A stretch of DNA of 64,000 nt from Abditibacterium sp. (GCA_965199495.1 CBDASK010000003.1:960001-1024000), one strand, 5' to 3'. Counted from the first letter of the stretch, positions 51,449-62,414 are shown. A program made the numbers and translations. Notes: generated by a model from the letters alone, not told the origin.

Positions 51449-52597
51449 TTAATTCGCGGCGGGTTTGGCTTTGCGCCGGGCGCGCCGTTCGAGCGGCGCG
51501 CGGTGTTTAAGGTCTATCATCGAGCGGTCGCCGATCCACTGCGCGGGCGGCGCGGCGAAGTGTTTCGCCATCTCGTTCAGGCCTGCCGCGTATTGCGCGC
51601 GATGCGTTTTGAAATCGGCCCACGCTTCGTCGGCGGGGCGCAGCGAAAACCCGGCACGCTGCAAGCGAGCGCGCGCCATGTCGAACTCGCTGCGTTCGAC
51701 GCCAACGGGTGGGCTTTCGTCTTCGTCGAAGCGAAAACCCATCCAATGCGACAAATCCACCACGGTGTGCGTGCCCATGCGAAACATCAGGTGGGCCGCA
51801 CCAATCGGCGTGGCTCCACATTTGTCGCAGGGCGCCACGGTCGTTAAGAGCAACGTCGCGCTATCCAAAACCGCGCCCAAAGCGGCCAACCAACTTTCGT
51901 TATCGTGGCTCGAACGGAAAAACAACAAAATCGGATAGGCGATATGACTCTGTAAAACTTGCGCCGACCACACTTCCCATTGATCGAAAAGATCGGGCAG
52001 TTTTTCCAACAAACCCAACCGCGAATAATTTTCTAAAAGCGCTACGCCCGAAGGCGGGCTGCCCGCGCGCGCATCCAGTCCCAGCGCCAAAACTTCGCGG
52101 CGCTCGAAGGCGTTGTAAAGTGTGAACAGCAGCGAAATCACGAGGGCGAACACGGCCAAACCGGACGCGCCCGCCATCAGAGCGAGCGTGCGTGCGAACA
52201 AATCGGTCGGCGCGTAATCGCCGAAGCCGATGGTCAAAAGCGTCACGCCCGCGATATAAATCGCCTCACCGGGCGAATGGACGGTGGGCGTGAAATGCGA
52301 GCGCAACGACCAGAAAACGATGCCAAAACCCAGCAGCAAACAACTCACCCACAAAACCAGAGTCAGCATCAACGCAAAGGGCGCGAAGGTGCCCAGAAAG
52401 TCTTCGCGCGAGTCGCCTTCGGGCTTGCGATGCGCCAGATTGCGCCACAATGGCCACAGCCGGTCAGTGAAAACCGGCGCGATGCGCCAGCGCCGCGAAC
52501 TCCAACGCGGCACGATCACACTTTGAAAAATATCGTGCAAAACCAGCACGACCAAAACGCAACCGACCAGCATTTCAAAATCTTGGAAAAATGTCAT
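51449..52597 (-). CDS. Potassium channel family protein (two-TM pore, Ion_trans_2)
   Basis: TLLTIGFGDYAP selectivity-filter motif, RAGSPPSG, HIAYP.L.FFRS.H.NESW. Confidence 0.85.
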   Translation of the reverse strand: MTFFQDFEMLVGCVLVVLVLHDIFQSVIVPRWSSRRWRIAPVFTDRLWPLWRNLAHRKPEGDSREDFLGTFAPFALMLTLVLWVSCLLLGFGIVFWSLRSHFTPTVHSPGEAIYIAGVTLLTIGFGDYAPTDLFARTLALMAGASGLAVFALVISLLFTLYNAFERREVLALGLDARAGSPPSGVALLENYSRLGLLEKLPDLFDQWEVWSAQVLQSHIAYPILLFFRSSHDNESWLAALGAVLDSATLLLTTVAPCDKCGATPIGAAHLMFRMGTHTVVDLSHWMGFRFDEDESPPVGVERSEFDMARARLQRAGFSLRPADEAWADFKTHRAQYAAGLNEMAKHFAAPPAQWIGDRSMIDLKHRAPLERRARRKAKPAAN

Positions 52598-52687
52598 TTA
52601 AAATTAGATTTACGATTGGTCGTCATCCATAGGTCATACGCCCAACGAAGTCACGAATTCAGTTTGTCGAATCACGCAATTTCCCAT

Positions 52688-54195
52688 TCAATATTTCGCG
52701 TTCCACAGCACGACTTTCTTTGCTTTGGCTTTGCGAAAACCCGCGATATTATCTTGCTGCATATAAACCAGATCCAAAGTTTTTACGCGCTCTGCGGGCG
52801 CGTGGCTGCCATTCCACTGGCGCACTAAATACGCCACATAATAACCGCGATGCGCCGCGTTTTCGACGGGCCACAGATTAAGCAGATATTTTTGCCATTG
52901 CGCGTCACGGAATGTGCCCGATAAATTGGCTTGTTCCGCCCACGATAATGGCGCGCCATTGATTAAGTTCACTTTGCGTCCGTCATTCAACGTGGCGGCA
53001 GCGACCAGCCAGCCGTCTTCTTTGAGCGGGAACGGCGCGAACATATTCCAGATTTGATCGATGCGCAGCGCCTCGCCAATCCAGTTCCAACTTTGCGGGA
53101 AATACGGCTGATAACGATTGAAATCGAGCGCGCGAAAATTCCAGGCGAAAATATACAACAGAAAAAACCCGGCGCTCGCCTGCTGAGCCACCGCGCGCCA
53201 CATCGGGATGGAGCGAGTCAGCGAACCGCGCGCTGCAACGCGCGCCCGCATACGCCCCATAATTTCGCGAAGGCGCGTGCCCGACGCGCCGAATCGCGTA
53301 TCGGCGAATTCCCAAAATTCTGTCGGCACGAACAGCAGCCACGCCGCCGGCGCGATGAAGGTGAACACGCCCAATGTCAGGCACAAACCCATCGCGAAAT
53401 GGAATCCGATGAAAATTGCGACCATCAATAATCGCAAACGCCAGAACGGAAGCAGCGCCAAAAGCGGCCCAAAACGTTCGAGAGCCACCGTTGCGAACGT
53501 CAAAATTCGCAGCGCATCGGGATAATGCAACAGCGCGCGGCCCAGCGGTCGGCTCAGTTGGTCAATCGAAAGCGCGTAACCAATCGCCGTGCCGTCCATG
53601 CGCCACGAAGCGTCGGTTTTGAGCGCCGCCGTGAACCAGTAGACAAAACAAACCTGTAACAACACCGCGACCGTCGCGACTGAGAGCTGCGGCTCGTTGT
53701 TCGTTTTTTCATCGGGCGAATTCGTCAACCAACGATCCAACGAAGCGCGCGCGCCCAAGGGTAGAAACATACTCCAGAACAACATTAGGCGCAGCAAAAC
53801 GTCGCCGCCCTGCAACACCATCGGGTTGCGATTGTGCAGCGAAACTAATAAAAGCCACGAAATGAAAGTCGCGATGCCCGTTCGATAACCAACAGCGCGA
53901 GGGCCGCCACCACTTGAATCCCTAACAAAACGCCCTGCCCGCCCAACGTGCCGCTCATCAAATGAAAACTGAATAACGCGGGTAAGCCCGCATAAATCTC
54001 GATTTGCGCGGCGCGCGGCAACACGCCCGCATCGGTGTAAAACGCGCCCAGATTGGCGATGCGTAGCCACAAATCCGACAACAAAACCAGCGCCAACGCC
54101 ACGCGAAACAGCGCCAACGAACGCGCGTCAATGCCAAAAATTCGCCCCGCAAACGAGTGGAACGAATGGATTTGGGAAAAAGCGAACGAGCGCAT
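52688..54195 (-). pseudogene. HTTM-domain membrane protein, frameshifted near 53890
   Basis: FGIDARSLALFRV...FYTDAGVLPR in one frame; GYRT...SLHNRNP....GGD.LLR..LFW.MFLPLG and Q.WNMFAP in another. Confidence 0.8.
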
Positions 54196-54234
54196 GAAGG
54201 GAACAGGCCGGTAGATATTCAGATGCCAGAGGTC

Positions 54235-54394
54235 GCGATGTCATTTCGAGTGAGGCACGAACCGAGAAATCTTGCGCCCGCGCGGCAGCGCATGTTCGAG
54301 ATGTCGTTACATTTCGGCTTTGGCTTGGGCAGTATTTCCGCTGGCGCGGGGCCGAAAGATTTCTCGGTTCGTGCCTCACTCGAAATGACATCGC
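54235..54394. repeat. Palindromic element family A, second copy
   Basis: Arms nearly identical to 125-268; central ~40 nt differ. Confidence 0.9.
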
Positions 54395-54428
54395 GCTTCC
54401 AACCCTCTCCGAAATCCCATTATCCGAA

Positions 54429-56126
54429 TTAATGTCCGCCGCCCGCGCCTTCGCGTAGGGTGACGGCGGCGGGCGCGGCTTCGGGCGAGATGATCGCGTT
54501 GAAGCGGTCGCCCGCCTCAAATTCCAGTTCGGGCGAGGCGACCAACAATTCATCGGCGCGCTCGATGGTGACGATGACGCAACCGGCGGGCAAATCCAAA
54601 TCGCCCAATCGCTTGCCATCGAAAGCCGCGTCGGGCGCGACAGTCAGTTCGAGCAGCAGGTTTTGCTTGAGCTGCGGTTTTTCCTGTGCGCGCGTCAAAT
54701 CGCGACGCAGCAAGGCTTCGTAAATCGGCGCATCGCCCAACGAATCGGCGACAATGTAGGCGCAGAAACAGGCGATTAAAAGCGGCAACATCAAGTTATA
54801 GTTGCCGGTCATTTCGACGATAAGCACGATGCCCGTCAGCGGCGCGCGCACGATAGATGTGAAGTAGGCCGCCATGCCGACGACGGCGAAAACCGCCGCA
54901 TCGGGCACCTGTTTAGGCAGCAAAATTTGGCCGATTTCGCCGACGGCCAGCCCGATTTGCGCGCCCAAAACCAACAGCGGCGCGAAGATGCCGCCCGCCG
55001 CGCCGGTCGCGTAACTCACCATCATCATCACGAAGCGCAGCGAAAACAGGCCGGGCAGATGAGTAAGCGGGATGGTGCCCGCCAAAGTCTGCTCGACGAG
55101 ATCGTGACCGTTGCCGCCGACAATCGGCAAATACCACGCGACAACGGCGAGGGCGCCGCCGACCAATGCACCGCTCGCGCCGGGTTTCCATGCGCGCGCT
55201 TTGGTGAACAGGTTCAGCGTGAACAACAACGCGCGATTGAAAACCACGCCCAGCGCGCCCGCAGCAATGCCCAGAATAACGAATAATGGCACGCATTGCA
55301 GCGGCGGCACCGCATATTGTTCGATATGAAAAACCGGCAGTTGTCCCAGCAAAACGCGACAGATCACGTCGCTCGTCACGCACGCGACGAACGCGACGGC
55401 GAACACGCCGGGCGCGAAATCGCGTTGCACCTCTTCCAACACAAAAACCAATCCGGCGAGCGGCGCGTTAAACGCGGCGGCTAAACCAGCGCCCGCGCCC
55501 GCAGCGATCAAATTCTGGCGTTCGCGCGCGGTCGCGCCCATCCAATCCGAGACCATCTGACCGACGGCGCCGCCCATCTGAACCGTCGGCCCTTCGCGGC
55601 CCAACGTCAGGCCAGCGCCAATCGCGAGAAAGCCCGCCGCGAACTTCACCGGCAACACGCGCTTCCAGCGCAGGGGCCGCAACCGGTGCAAAACCGCCTT
55701 CAAATGCGGAATGCCCGACCCCGACGCTTCGGGCGCGAATAAGGGCACGAGGGCCACGCCGAGGCCCGCGAAAACCGCACAGAAAATAACCGTGACCGGC
55801 AAACCCCACCAATACTGGTGGCCCAAATCGAACAGGTTATCGCGCCAGTTTTCGGCGAAATCGAGCAGACCACGAAAACAAACCGCCAGCAAACCTGTGA
55901 TCGCTCCGACCACGAAAGCGCGCGGAAACTGGCGCCGTCTGCGTTCGTGGGCGCGCACGAAATCGCGCACTTCGCGCTTGACCTCGCCCGGCGTAATCGG
56001 CGGCTCGTCATCGTCAAGCGGCTCATCGGCGACATCAACCTCCATTGTTTCGAGGTCTGCTTCGATAGCGCGGCTGGCGCCCGAAAGCGGTTCTTCGGTT
56101 GCAGAGTTTTCGGAGGCGGAAGGCAT
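54429..56126 (-). CDS. clcA: H+/Cl- antiporter ClcA with C-terminal TrkA-C domain
   Basis: GSGIP, GREGP, AAAFNAPLAG..F.LEE, GGIFAP, PIY; C-terminal LPAGCVIVTIER...GD; start uncertain. Confidence 0.9.
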   Translation of the reverse strand: MPSASENSATEEPLSGASRAIEADLETMEVDVADEPLDDDEPPITPGEVKREVRDFVRAHERRRRQFPRAFVVGAITGLLAVCFRGLLDFAENWRDNLFDLGHQYWWGLPVTVIFCAVFAGLGVALVPLFAPEASGSGIPHLKAVLHRLRPLRWKRVLPVKFAAGFLAIGAGLTLGREGPTVQMGGAVGQMVSDWMGATARERQNLIAAGAGAGLAAAFNAPLAGLVFVLEEVQRDFAPGVFAVAFVACVTSDVICRVLLGQLPVFHIEQYAVPPLQCVPLFVILGIAAGALGVVFNRALLFTLNLFTKARAWKPGASGALVGGALAVVAWYLPIVGGNGHDLVEQTLAGTIPLTHLPGLFSLRFVMMMVSYATGAAGGIFAPLLVLGAQIGLAVGEIGQILLPKQVPDAAVFAVVGMAAYFTSIVRAPLTGIVLIVEMTGNYNLMLPLLIACFCAYIVADSLGDAPIYEALLRRDLTRAQEKPQLKQNLLLELTVAPDAAFDGKRLGDLDLPAGCVIVTIERADELLVASPELEFEAGDRFNAIISPEAAPAAVTLREGAGGGH

Positions 56127-56287
56127 GACGGCGTTAACCAGTATAGAAAGCCGGGTTTCGGTTAGCAGATAAACTCCTTCTAAGATTGCTCTTACCCACG
56201 ACTTGCAGCAAAAAAGCAACGTTGTTATGATCCATTTATTACAATCGAAATTTAATTTTCGGTTACGTCATTTACAAGGAGAGAAAA

Positions 56288-56617
56288 ATGAACGATTCCA
56301 CCAACCAAAAATGCGAGACTCAGGACAAATGGGAAGCCATTCACGATTTCATGCCGCCCGGCCCAGCGCGTCTGCGCGTCAATGGCACCTTACAAATGCC
56401 GACGCCGGGCTACAAACTTTCGCTGCACCAGGCGAACCCGCAGGGAATTAATCCGCAAATCCTGTTGCTCCAATTGGATACCGAAGCGCCGACCGATGTC
56501 GTGCCGCAGGTCATCACGCCGACCCCAGTGCGCTACGAACTGGAAACCGACTTCGATTACACCCACATCACGATTTTGCCCGCGATTACGACGATTGAGG
56601 TGCAAAAAGTTTATTAG
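56288..56617 (+). CDS. Hypothetical protein (109 aa)
   Basis: AGGAGA RBS; W.A.HDFMPP...L.V.G...PTPGY...L..A.PQGINP.IL.L. Confidence 0.75.
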   Translation: MNDSTNQKCETQDKWEAIHDFMPPGPARLRVNGTLQMPTPGYKLSLHQANPQGINPQILLLQLDTEAPTDVVPQVITPTPVRYELETDFDYTHITILPAITTIEVQKVY

Positions 56618-56704
56618 TCATCGCCAGAGCGTAGCCTCTGGCAGCAGTTTCGAGCGGTTGGAAACACAGTGGTAACGCGCGTTCGCTAAAATAGAGCGCG
56701 CATT

Positions 56705-57742
56705 ATGAAACAACCTCTCGGTATTTTAACCGGCGGCGGCGATTGTCCCGGCCTCAACGCGGTCATTCGCGCCGTCGTGCGCCGCGCCGCCGTGCAAGAC
56801 ATTCCAGTTCTGGGCATCCGGCGTGGCTGGGACGGACTGAGCGACGGCGATTTTATGCCCTTAACGCGCAGTTCGGTTTCGGGACTTTTGGCGCGCGGCG
56901 GCACGATTCTGGGCACTTCGCGCACCAACCCACTGGCCGACCCCGATATGCTCAACCGCATTCAAACCAACTTCAAGCAGTCCGAGTTGAGCGGTTTGAT
57001 CGTCGTCGGCGGCAACGGCACTTTAGCGGCGGCGCGCGAGATGTGGCATCGTCATCAAATGCCGGTCGTGGGCGTGCCCAAAACCATTGACAACGATTTG
57101 CAGGGCACCGATATGACTTTCGGTTTCGATACTGCCGTTTCGATTGCCACCGACGCCATTGACCGACTTCACACCACAGCCGAATCGCACGACCGCGTGA
57201 TGATTTTGGAAGTCATGGGCCGCATGGTCGGCTGGATCGCAGCCACGGCGGGCATCGCGGGCGGCGCCGACATCATTCTGGTGCCGGAAAAACCGTTTGT
57301 CATTTCGGAAATCATCAAACTCATCGAAGCGCGCCGCAAACGCAAACTGACGTTTTCGATTATCGTCGTCGCCGAAGCCGCGCGCCCCGACGAAAGCGAA
57401 GATTTTCTCTCCGAAGAAACCAAGCAAATGCTCTACGACGAGCGCAATCTGGGCGGCATCGGGCGCCAGTTGGCGCGCGAAATCGAGAAGCGCACCGACA
57501 TCGAAACGCGCGTCACGGTTTTGGGCTACACGCAACGCGGCGGCTCGCCGACTGCGTTCGACCGAGTGTTAGCCACGCGCTACGGCATGGGCGCCGTCGA
57601 GTTGGCGTTGGACGAAAAATGGGGCCAAATGGTGGCGATTCACGGCGGCAAAATGACCAGCGTCTCGCTCGACGTGGCGACTGCCGAGCCGAAGGTTTTA
57701 GACCCGGATTTGTATCGCACGGCGGAGATGTTCTTCGGTTAA
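56705..57742 (+). CDS. pfkA: 6-phosphofructokinase
   Basis: LTGGGDCPGLN, GGTILGTSR, PKTIDND, EVMGR, LGYTQRGG.P.AFDR. Confidence 0.95.
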   Translation: MKQPLGILTGGGDCPGLNAVIRAVVRRAAVQDIPVLGIRRGWDGLSDGDFMPLTRSSVSGLLARGGTILGTSRTNPLADPDMLNRIQTNFKQSELSGLIVVGGNGTLAAAREMWHRHQMPVVGVPKTIDNDLQGTDMTFGFDTAVSIATDAIDRLHTTAESHDRVMILEVMGRMVGWIAATAGIAGGADIILVPEKPFVISEIIKLIEARRKRKLTFSIIVVAEAARPDESEDFLSEETKQMLYDERNLGGIGRQLAREIEKRTDIETRVTVLGYTQRGGSPTAFDRVLATRYGMGAVELALDEKWGQMVAIHGGKMTSVSLDVATAEPKVLDPDLYRTAEMFFG

Positions 57743-60180
57743 TTCCAATCCACTTTAATTTCGGTGCGATTGTGCGCGGCGTCGGTCAAAACGAACGTCA
57801 CGACGGCGTGGCGCCCGCGCCAATCAGTGGGCACGGCAACGGGCGCGGCGAAAATACCGTTTTCGCCGCGTCGCAGTTCAACGCGCGAATTCCACGGAGT
57901 AAACGCCGAAACGCGGCGCGTCAGGTCATCGGTGCGCAGGCTCAATTTCCAATTATGACCGGCGCGCCCGATGGCAGCCACGCCGTCAGGCGCGGTATCG
58001 TCAACCAGATAATTCATCGTCAACCGTTGCCGTTGTCCACTCGCGTCCACAATGAGAATCGTCACTTCGTATTGTCCCTGATCGGCGTGGCCGGGCACGT
58101 CGAAACGCGTTTCCCACGCTTTTTTCTGCGCATCGTAAGCCAGCGGCAAAAGGCTGCCATCGGGCAAAATCGCGATGACGCGCTGGCAGTCGGCGGGCGC
58201 AATCACCGAAATCAACGGATCGCCACGCTTGAGATAATACTGCTCTGCGGTTAGTCCCATAGCGCCCCACCCGTTCTTTTCCCAATCCAGATAATTCTGC
58301 GCGGGCTTGTTGGTCGCCTTAGCCTCGCGGTCGAGGGCCGCGCGCAATTGTTTGAGTTTGCTCTGGTTGGCAGGAGTTTTGGCTTCTGCTTGCAACACTT
58401 GATACGCCTTTTCGTGCGCCAGCGCGCGGTGAGCATTGATAATTGCGTATTTGCTGCTTTCGTATTGCGTCCAATCCCCTTGATGATGTGGCACGCCGTT
58501 GTAGACCAAATCATCCATTTTTTCCACGCGCGTTTGTAACGCGTCGAGGCGTTTTGGATCGGGCGCGGGCTGCACCATTTCCAATCCCAAATCGTCGGCG
58601 ACATCGTTGATGGCGCGTCCAGCAGCGAACTCGATGAACTGCTGCGGCTTCCAATTTTTGTCTTGCGAGGCGACTCGTTTCAACTCACTTTGCAACCGCA
58701 TAGCGCGCGCCGAATTTTGGCCATTTTTTAACTGTTCAGCAATCAGCGCGTCGGCCAGTGAATTACCGGATTGGAACATATAATTCTCCGTAGGTTTTGC
58801 GCCCGCCGCGACCAAATTGGCCTGAATGCGCTTCAAGCGTTCGTCTTGTGGCGAAATTTTCGCGTTAGCGCGAGACACGTCAACAGCCGCCGAGACCCGA
58901 TCCAACTCCTGATCGAGATAAAACTGCAACGGCTGACGATACCCTGCCCCCGGATTTTCTTTTTCGAGTTTGGCCGTCAACTGTTGAAAGTTCTGCTTTT
59001 GCGCCGCCGCGCTTTTGGCGTCGCGCTGAGCATAAGCCATCGCATAGGCGCGCCCGGCGTTGTCGCGGTCGTCCTGCGCCGTAATCATCTCGAAATTCTT
59101 ACGTTCGGCGCGTGGAACGGCGAGCCAACTCGTCCACTTCGAGACCAGACCAAACCGCTTCGAGAGCGTCACGACTTTGAAACGGTTCGCGGGATTTTCG
59201 CTCAAGCGTTCCAGATAGCGCGCCGCCCACAAACGCGATGCCGCATTGTCGGGCGCGCGCTGGGCGGAAAATTGAAGGCTCACCGATTCGCTGTTGAGCG
59301 AAACAATGGCCCGCCCCGCGCCGCGATAACGACCGTAAACCGTATAGTTTTGCCCGCCTTTTACGCGGTCAACGCGCGGCGTCAGCACATCATAAGTTCG
59401 CACGCCACTAATTTTGAAGCGAGGTCGCATAATCGCATCGCGCGGCGTCAGCGCGATGGCGAAAAATCCATCTTTGCCGCCATCGCGCGCAGCCAATAGC
59501 GAAGCTCGCAACGGTGCCGCGTTTTGCCTAAATATGACGCGTGCATCCGATTCGGGCCGATAATCGGTTCGGTTCACGCTCAAAACGCCGTGTTTGAAGG
59601 CGCCCATATTCGATTGCAAAGTGCCCGCACCGCGCACGCTCAGCCGAAAACGATCTAATTTCGCGTCTTTGTCTTGGCCGACTAAGTCGCGCAACGGATA
59701 ACTCCACAACGCGCCGCCCGCAATCGCCGGAAGCGCCTGCGCCAACTGGACTTCGACTTTCAAATCCTGCCCGGCGAACACGGGATAAATGCGCGCGCGA
59801 AAACTGTTGGTGCCCGTCATTTCGATCAAAGCGGGATCAGCGACGTAAGTCGTAATCGTTTGATAAATCCGCGCCGCGCGCGCCCGTTCGACCACGCGCG
59901 CGGTCACTTTTTCTTTGCCGTTCCAATAAGCGAAACCAGTCACCACATCGCCGGGTGGCGCCTGATAGAAAAACTCGGCTTCGATGTCGCTGCCCACAGG
60001 ATTAACGTAAGTCGTAGTCACCGTCGTGCGGGCAAAAGCGCCCTGAATCGTCGCATCAACCGCCAACGCGCGAACGTGTAACGCTTGCGCATCGCCGCCT
60101 TTAGGTTTGAGAAGGGCGCTCGCATCCGACGCCGTGGCTGCACTCGCCAACACTAAAATCAACACGAGAAATTTTCGCAT
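57739..60180 (-). CDS. Secreted VIT-domain protein lacking a vWA domain
   Basis: Signal peptide, VIT motifs (EAEF...P...VTGFAYW, ARAARIY, DPALIE, FRARIYPV), RLWA, LSKRFGLVS.WTS.LAV. Confidence 0.75.
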   Translation of the reverse strand: MRKFLVLILVLASAATASDASALLKPKGGDAQALHVRALAVDATIQGAFARTTVTTTYVNPVGSDIEAEFFYQAPPGDVVTGFAYWNGKEKVTARVVERARAARIYQTITTYVADPALIEMTGTNSFRARIYPVFAGQDLKVEVQLAQALPAIAGGALWSYPLRDLVGQDKDAKLDRFRLSVRGAGTLQSNMGAFKHGVLSVNRTDYRPESDARVIFRQNAAPLRASLLAARDGGKDGFFAIALTPRDAIMRPRFKISGVRTYDVLTPRVDRVKGGQNYTVYGRYRGAGRAIVSLNSESVSLQFSAQRAPDNAASRLWAARYLERLSENPANRFKVVTLSKRFGLVSKWTSWLAVPRAERKNFEMITAQDDRDNAGRAYAMAYAQRDAKSAAAQKQNFQQLTAKLEKENPGAGYRQPLQFYLDQELDRVSAAVDVSRANAKISPQDERLKRIQANLVAAGAKPTENYMFQSGNSLADALIAEQLKNGQNSARAMRLQSELKRVASQDKNWKPQQFIEFAAGRAINDVADDLGLEMVQPAPDPKRLDALQTRVEKMDDLVYNGVPHHQGDWTQYESSKYAIINAHRALAHEKAYQVLQAEAKTPANQSKLKQLRAALDREAKATNKPAQNYLDWEKNGWGAMGLTAEQYYLKRGDPLISVIAPADCQRVIAILPDGSLLPLAYDAQKKAWETRFDVPGHADQGQYEVTILIVDASGQRQRLTMNYLVDDTAPDGVAAIGRAGHNWKLSLRTDDLTRRVSAFTPWNSRVELRRGENGIFAAPVAVPTDWRGRHAVVTFVLTDAAHNRTEIKVDWN

Positions 60181-60244
60181 GATTCTTATTATAAGTTACA
60201 TTTTACGAAAAGTCAAATTTTGGAGTGATGATATTAAGAATTTT

Positions 60245-61432
60245 TCAAACTAATTCAAAGCGCTCGCGCTCATTGCGCTCTGAATTCAACGCCACGACAT
60301 CGTTATACAAATCGAGCAATTGACCGACGCGGCGTTCTTTGCTAAATAATGGCGCGCGTTCGAGGGCGCGCTTTTTAAACTGCGCGCGCAGTTCCGGCTC
60401 GCAAACTAATTTGGCGACGGCTTCGCGAAAACGGTCTTCGTTGTGCGGCACCAAAAACCCGTCGCCGTCGGGTTCGATGGCTTCGGCGGCGCCCATCGCG
60501 TTGACGACGACGCACGGCAAACCGGCGCAGAGCGCTTCGGCGATGCTCAAACCTTGCGTTTCGGTGCGCGAGGCGAAGGTGAAAACATCGGCGGCGGCGA
60601 AGTAATTGGGCATCTCTTCCGGCTCGATGAAATCGGTAAAAACCACGCGCTCGCCGATGCCCATGCGGGCGGCGTGGCTGCGCATCGCGTCCATATCGGG
60701 GCCGCCGCCGACCATTAATAGTTTGGCTCTTTGATTTGTGAGAATAGGAGCCACGGCGCGCATCAAAAATTCCAGATTCTTTTCGGGCGCGATGCGTCCG
60801 ACATACAACAGCGCGACTTCATCGTCACCAATTCCTAATTTGGCGCGCGTCGCGTCGCGGTTGCCACCGGCGAATTTTTTGGTGTCAACGCCCGTCGGTA
60901 AAACCTGCGTCGAAGTGGCGGGCGACAATTTCTGAATCACGCGCTCGACAGCGTTCGACGGCGCGATCACGCGATCGGATTTTTCCAGCATTCGCTTGAC
61001 GCGCCACAAAATATACCAGCGCGATTGTTTCTCGCTTGTAATCGAATAATGCGCGTAATGATGATAAAGCGTGTGAAACGTCCAGACGAGCGGCAGTTCG
61101 TGGAACTGCGCCCAGTGCGCGCCCAGGTTGCCCATGATAAACGGCGAATGCGCGTGAACCACATCGAATCGTTCTCGCCGAAAACGCATGGCAGTTAAAG
61201 GCGCGATGCGGCAGATAAAGGGGAAAGTGACGGGATAATCGGGCGCCTTGAACCAGTGCCCGGCGGCGAAACGCACCACATCATCGGTATCGTCTTCGTG
61301 ATCGGTGAAGCGCGGCGCGAAGACGACGACGCGATGACCGCGCGCGCGCAGTTCGAGGGCGGTCGTGTGCGCCGAAGTCACGACGCCGTTTTTCGTGGGC
61401 AGATAAGTGTCGCAGAAAAAGGCGATGTTCAT
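60245..61432 (-). CDS. GT4 glycosyltransferase (diacylglycerol glucosyltransferase-like)
   Basis: DTYLP..NGV..S, H.HSPF, TFHT.Y, YVGRIAPEKN, F.FASRTETQGL...EA. Confidence 0.9.
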   Translation of the reverse strand: MNIAFFCDTYLPTKNGVVTSAHTTALELRARGHRVVVFAPRFTDHEDDTDDVVRFAAGHWFKAPDYPVTFPFICRIAPLTAMRFRRERFDVVHAHSPFIMGNLGAHWAQFHELPLVWTFHTLYHHYAHYSITSEKQSRWYILWRVKRMLEKSDRVIAPSNAVERVIQKLSPATSTQVLPTGVDTKKFAGGNRDATRAKLGIGDDEVALLYVGRIAPEKNLEFLMRAVAPILTNQRAKLLMVGGGPDMDAMRSHAARMGIGERVVFTDFIEPEEMPNYFAAADVFTFASRTETQGLSIAEALCAGLPCVVVNAMGAAEAIEPDGDGFLVPHNEDRFREAVAKLVCEPELRAQFKKRALERAPLFSKERRVGQLLDLYNDVVALNSERNERERFELV

Positions 61433-61533
61433 GGAAACAAGTGCGCCTCAGTCTAACGGATTTGCGCACGGCTTTTCGTTGCTCAGTTCGGCCAATGGGA
61501 ACTTAATTTGCTTTTCGGGCCTTTTGATTTCAC

Positions 61534-61986
61534 ATGAAAAATTACGATAAACCTTCGCAAGCCGAACTGAAACAACGCCTCACGCCGATGCAATATGATG
61601 TCACGCAAAACGACGCGACCGAGCCGCCGCACCGCAACGAATATTGGAACAACGAAGCCGATGGACTTTACGTGGACATCGTTTCGGGCGAGCCGCTGTT
61701 TAGTTCGCGCGAAAAATTCAATTCGAGTTGCGGTTGGGCCAGCTTCGATAAACCCTTGGAACCGGAAAATTTCGTCGAGAAAACCGACAGCAAGTTCGGA
61801 ATGCGCCGCACTGAAGTGCGCTCCAAACACGCCGATTCGCATTTGGGCCACGTTTTCGACGATGGGCCGACCGAAACCGGCATTCGTTATTGCATGAATT
61901 CGGCGGCGATGAAATTTATTCCCGTTGATGAATTGGAAGCCGAAGGTTATGGCGAATACGCGAAGTTGTTTGAAGACAAAAAATAG
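61534..61986 (+). CDS. msrB: Peptide-methionine (R)-S-oxide reductase
   Basis: LTPMQY.VTQ...[34 protein letters not shown]. Confidence 0.96.
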   Translation: MKNYDKPSQAELKQRLTPMQYDVTQNDATEPPHRNEYWNNEADGLYVDIVSGEPLFSSREKFNSSCGWASFDKPLEPENFVEKTDSKFGMRRTEVRSKHADSHLGHVFDDGPTETGIRYCMNSAAMKFIPVDELEAEGYGEYAKLFEDKK

Positions 61987-62003
61987 TTTTTTTGCAAAAA
62001 CCC

Positions 62004-62032
62004 TTGACATGCCCCGCGATTTTCCGTAAGAT
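62004..62032 (+). promoter_or_regulatory. Sigma70-type promoter of the tRNA operon
   Basis: TTGACA (62004-62009), 17 bp, TAAGAT (62027-62032), with an AT-rich upstream tract. Confidence 0.85.
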
Positions 62033-62046
62033 ATTACGAGCATTAT

Positions 62047-62120
62047 CGCGGGGTGGAGCAGCCCGGTAGCTCGCAAGGCTCATAACCTTGAGGTCGCAGG
62101 TTCAAATCCTGTCCCCGCCA
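62047..62120 (+). tRNA. tRNA-fMet (CAT), initiator
   Basis: CGCGGGG 5' end with unpaired C1, CAAGG-CTCATAA-CCTTG anticodon arm, GGTTCAAATCC T-arm; CCA not encoded. Confidence 0.95.
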
Positions 62121-62199
62121 TTGGAAGTTAAAATGCAAAAAGGAAGAAAATTTCGATTTTCTTCCTTTTTGCGACTTTAACCGACGAAATCAAAAATCT

Positions 62200-62272
<73 letters not shown>

Positions 62273-62300
62273 CTTTCCTCAGATTTAATCCGAGAATATC

Positions 62301-62373
<73 letters not shown>

Positions 62374-62376
62374 TTT

Positions 62377-62412
62377 AAAAAAACCTTCGCTTTTATTAAG
62401 CGGAGGTTTTTT
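62377..62412 (+). terminator. Intrinsic terminator of the tRNA operon
   Basis: AAAAAACCTTCGCTT...AAGCGGAGGTTTTTT. Confidence 0.85.
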
Positions 62413-62414
62413 GT

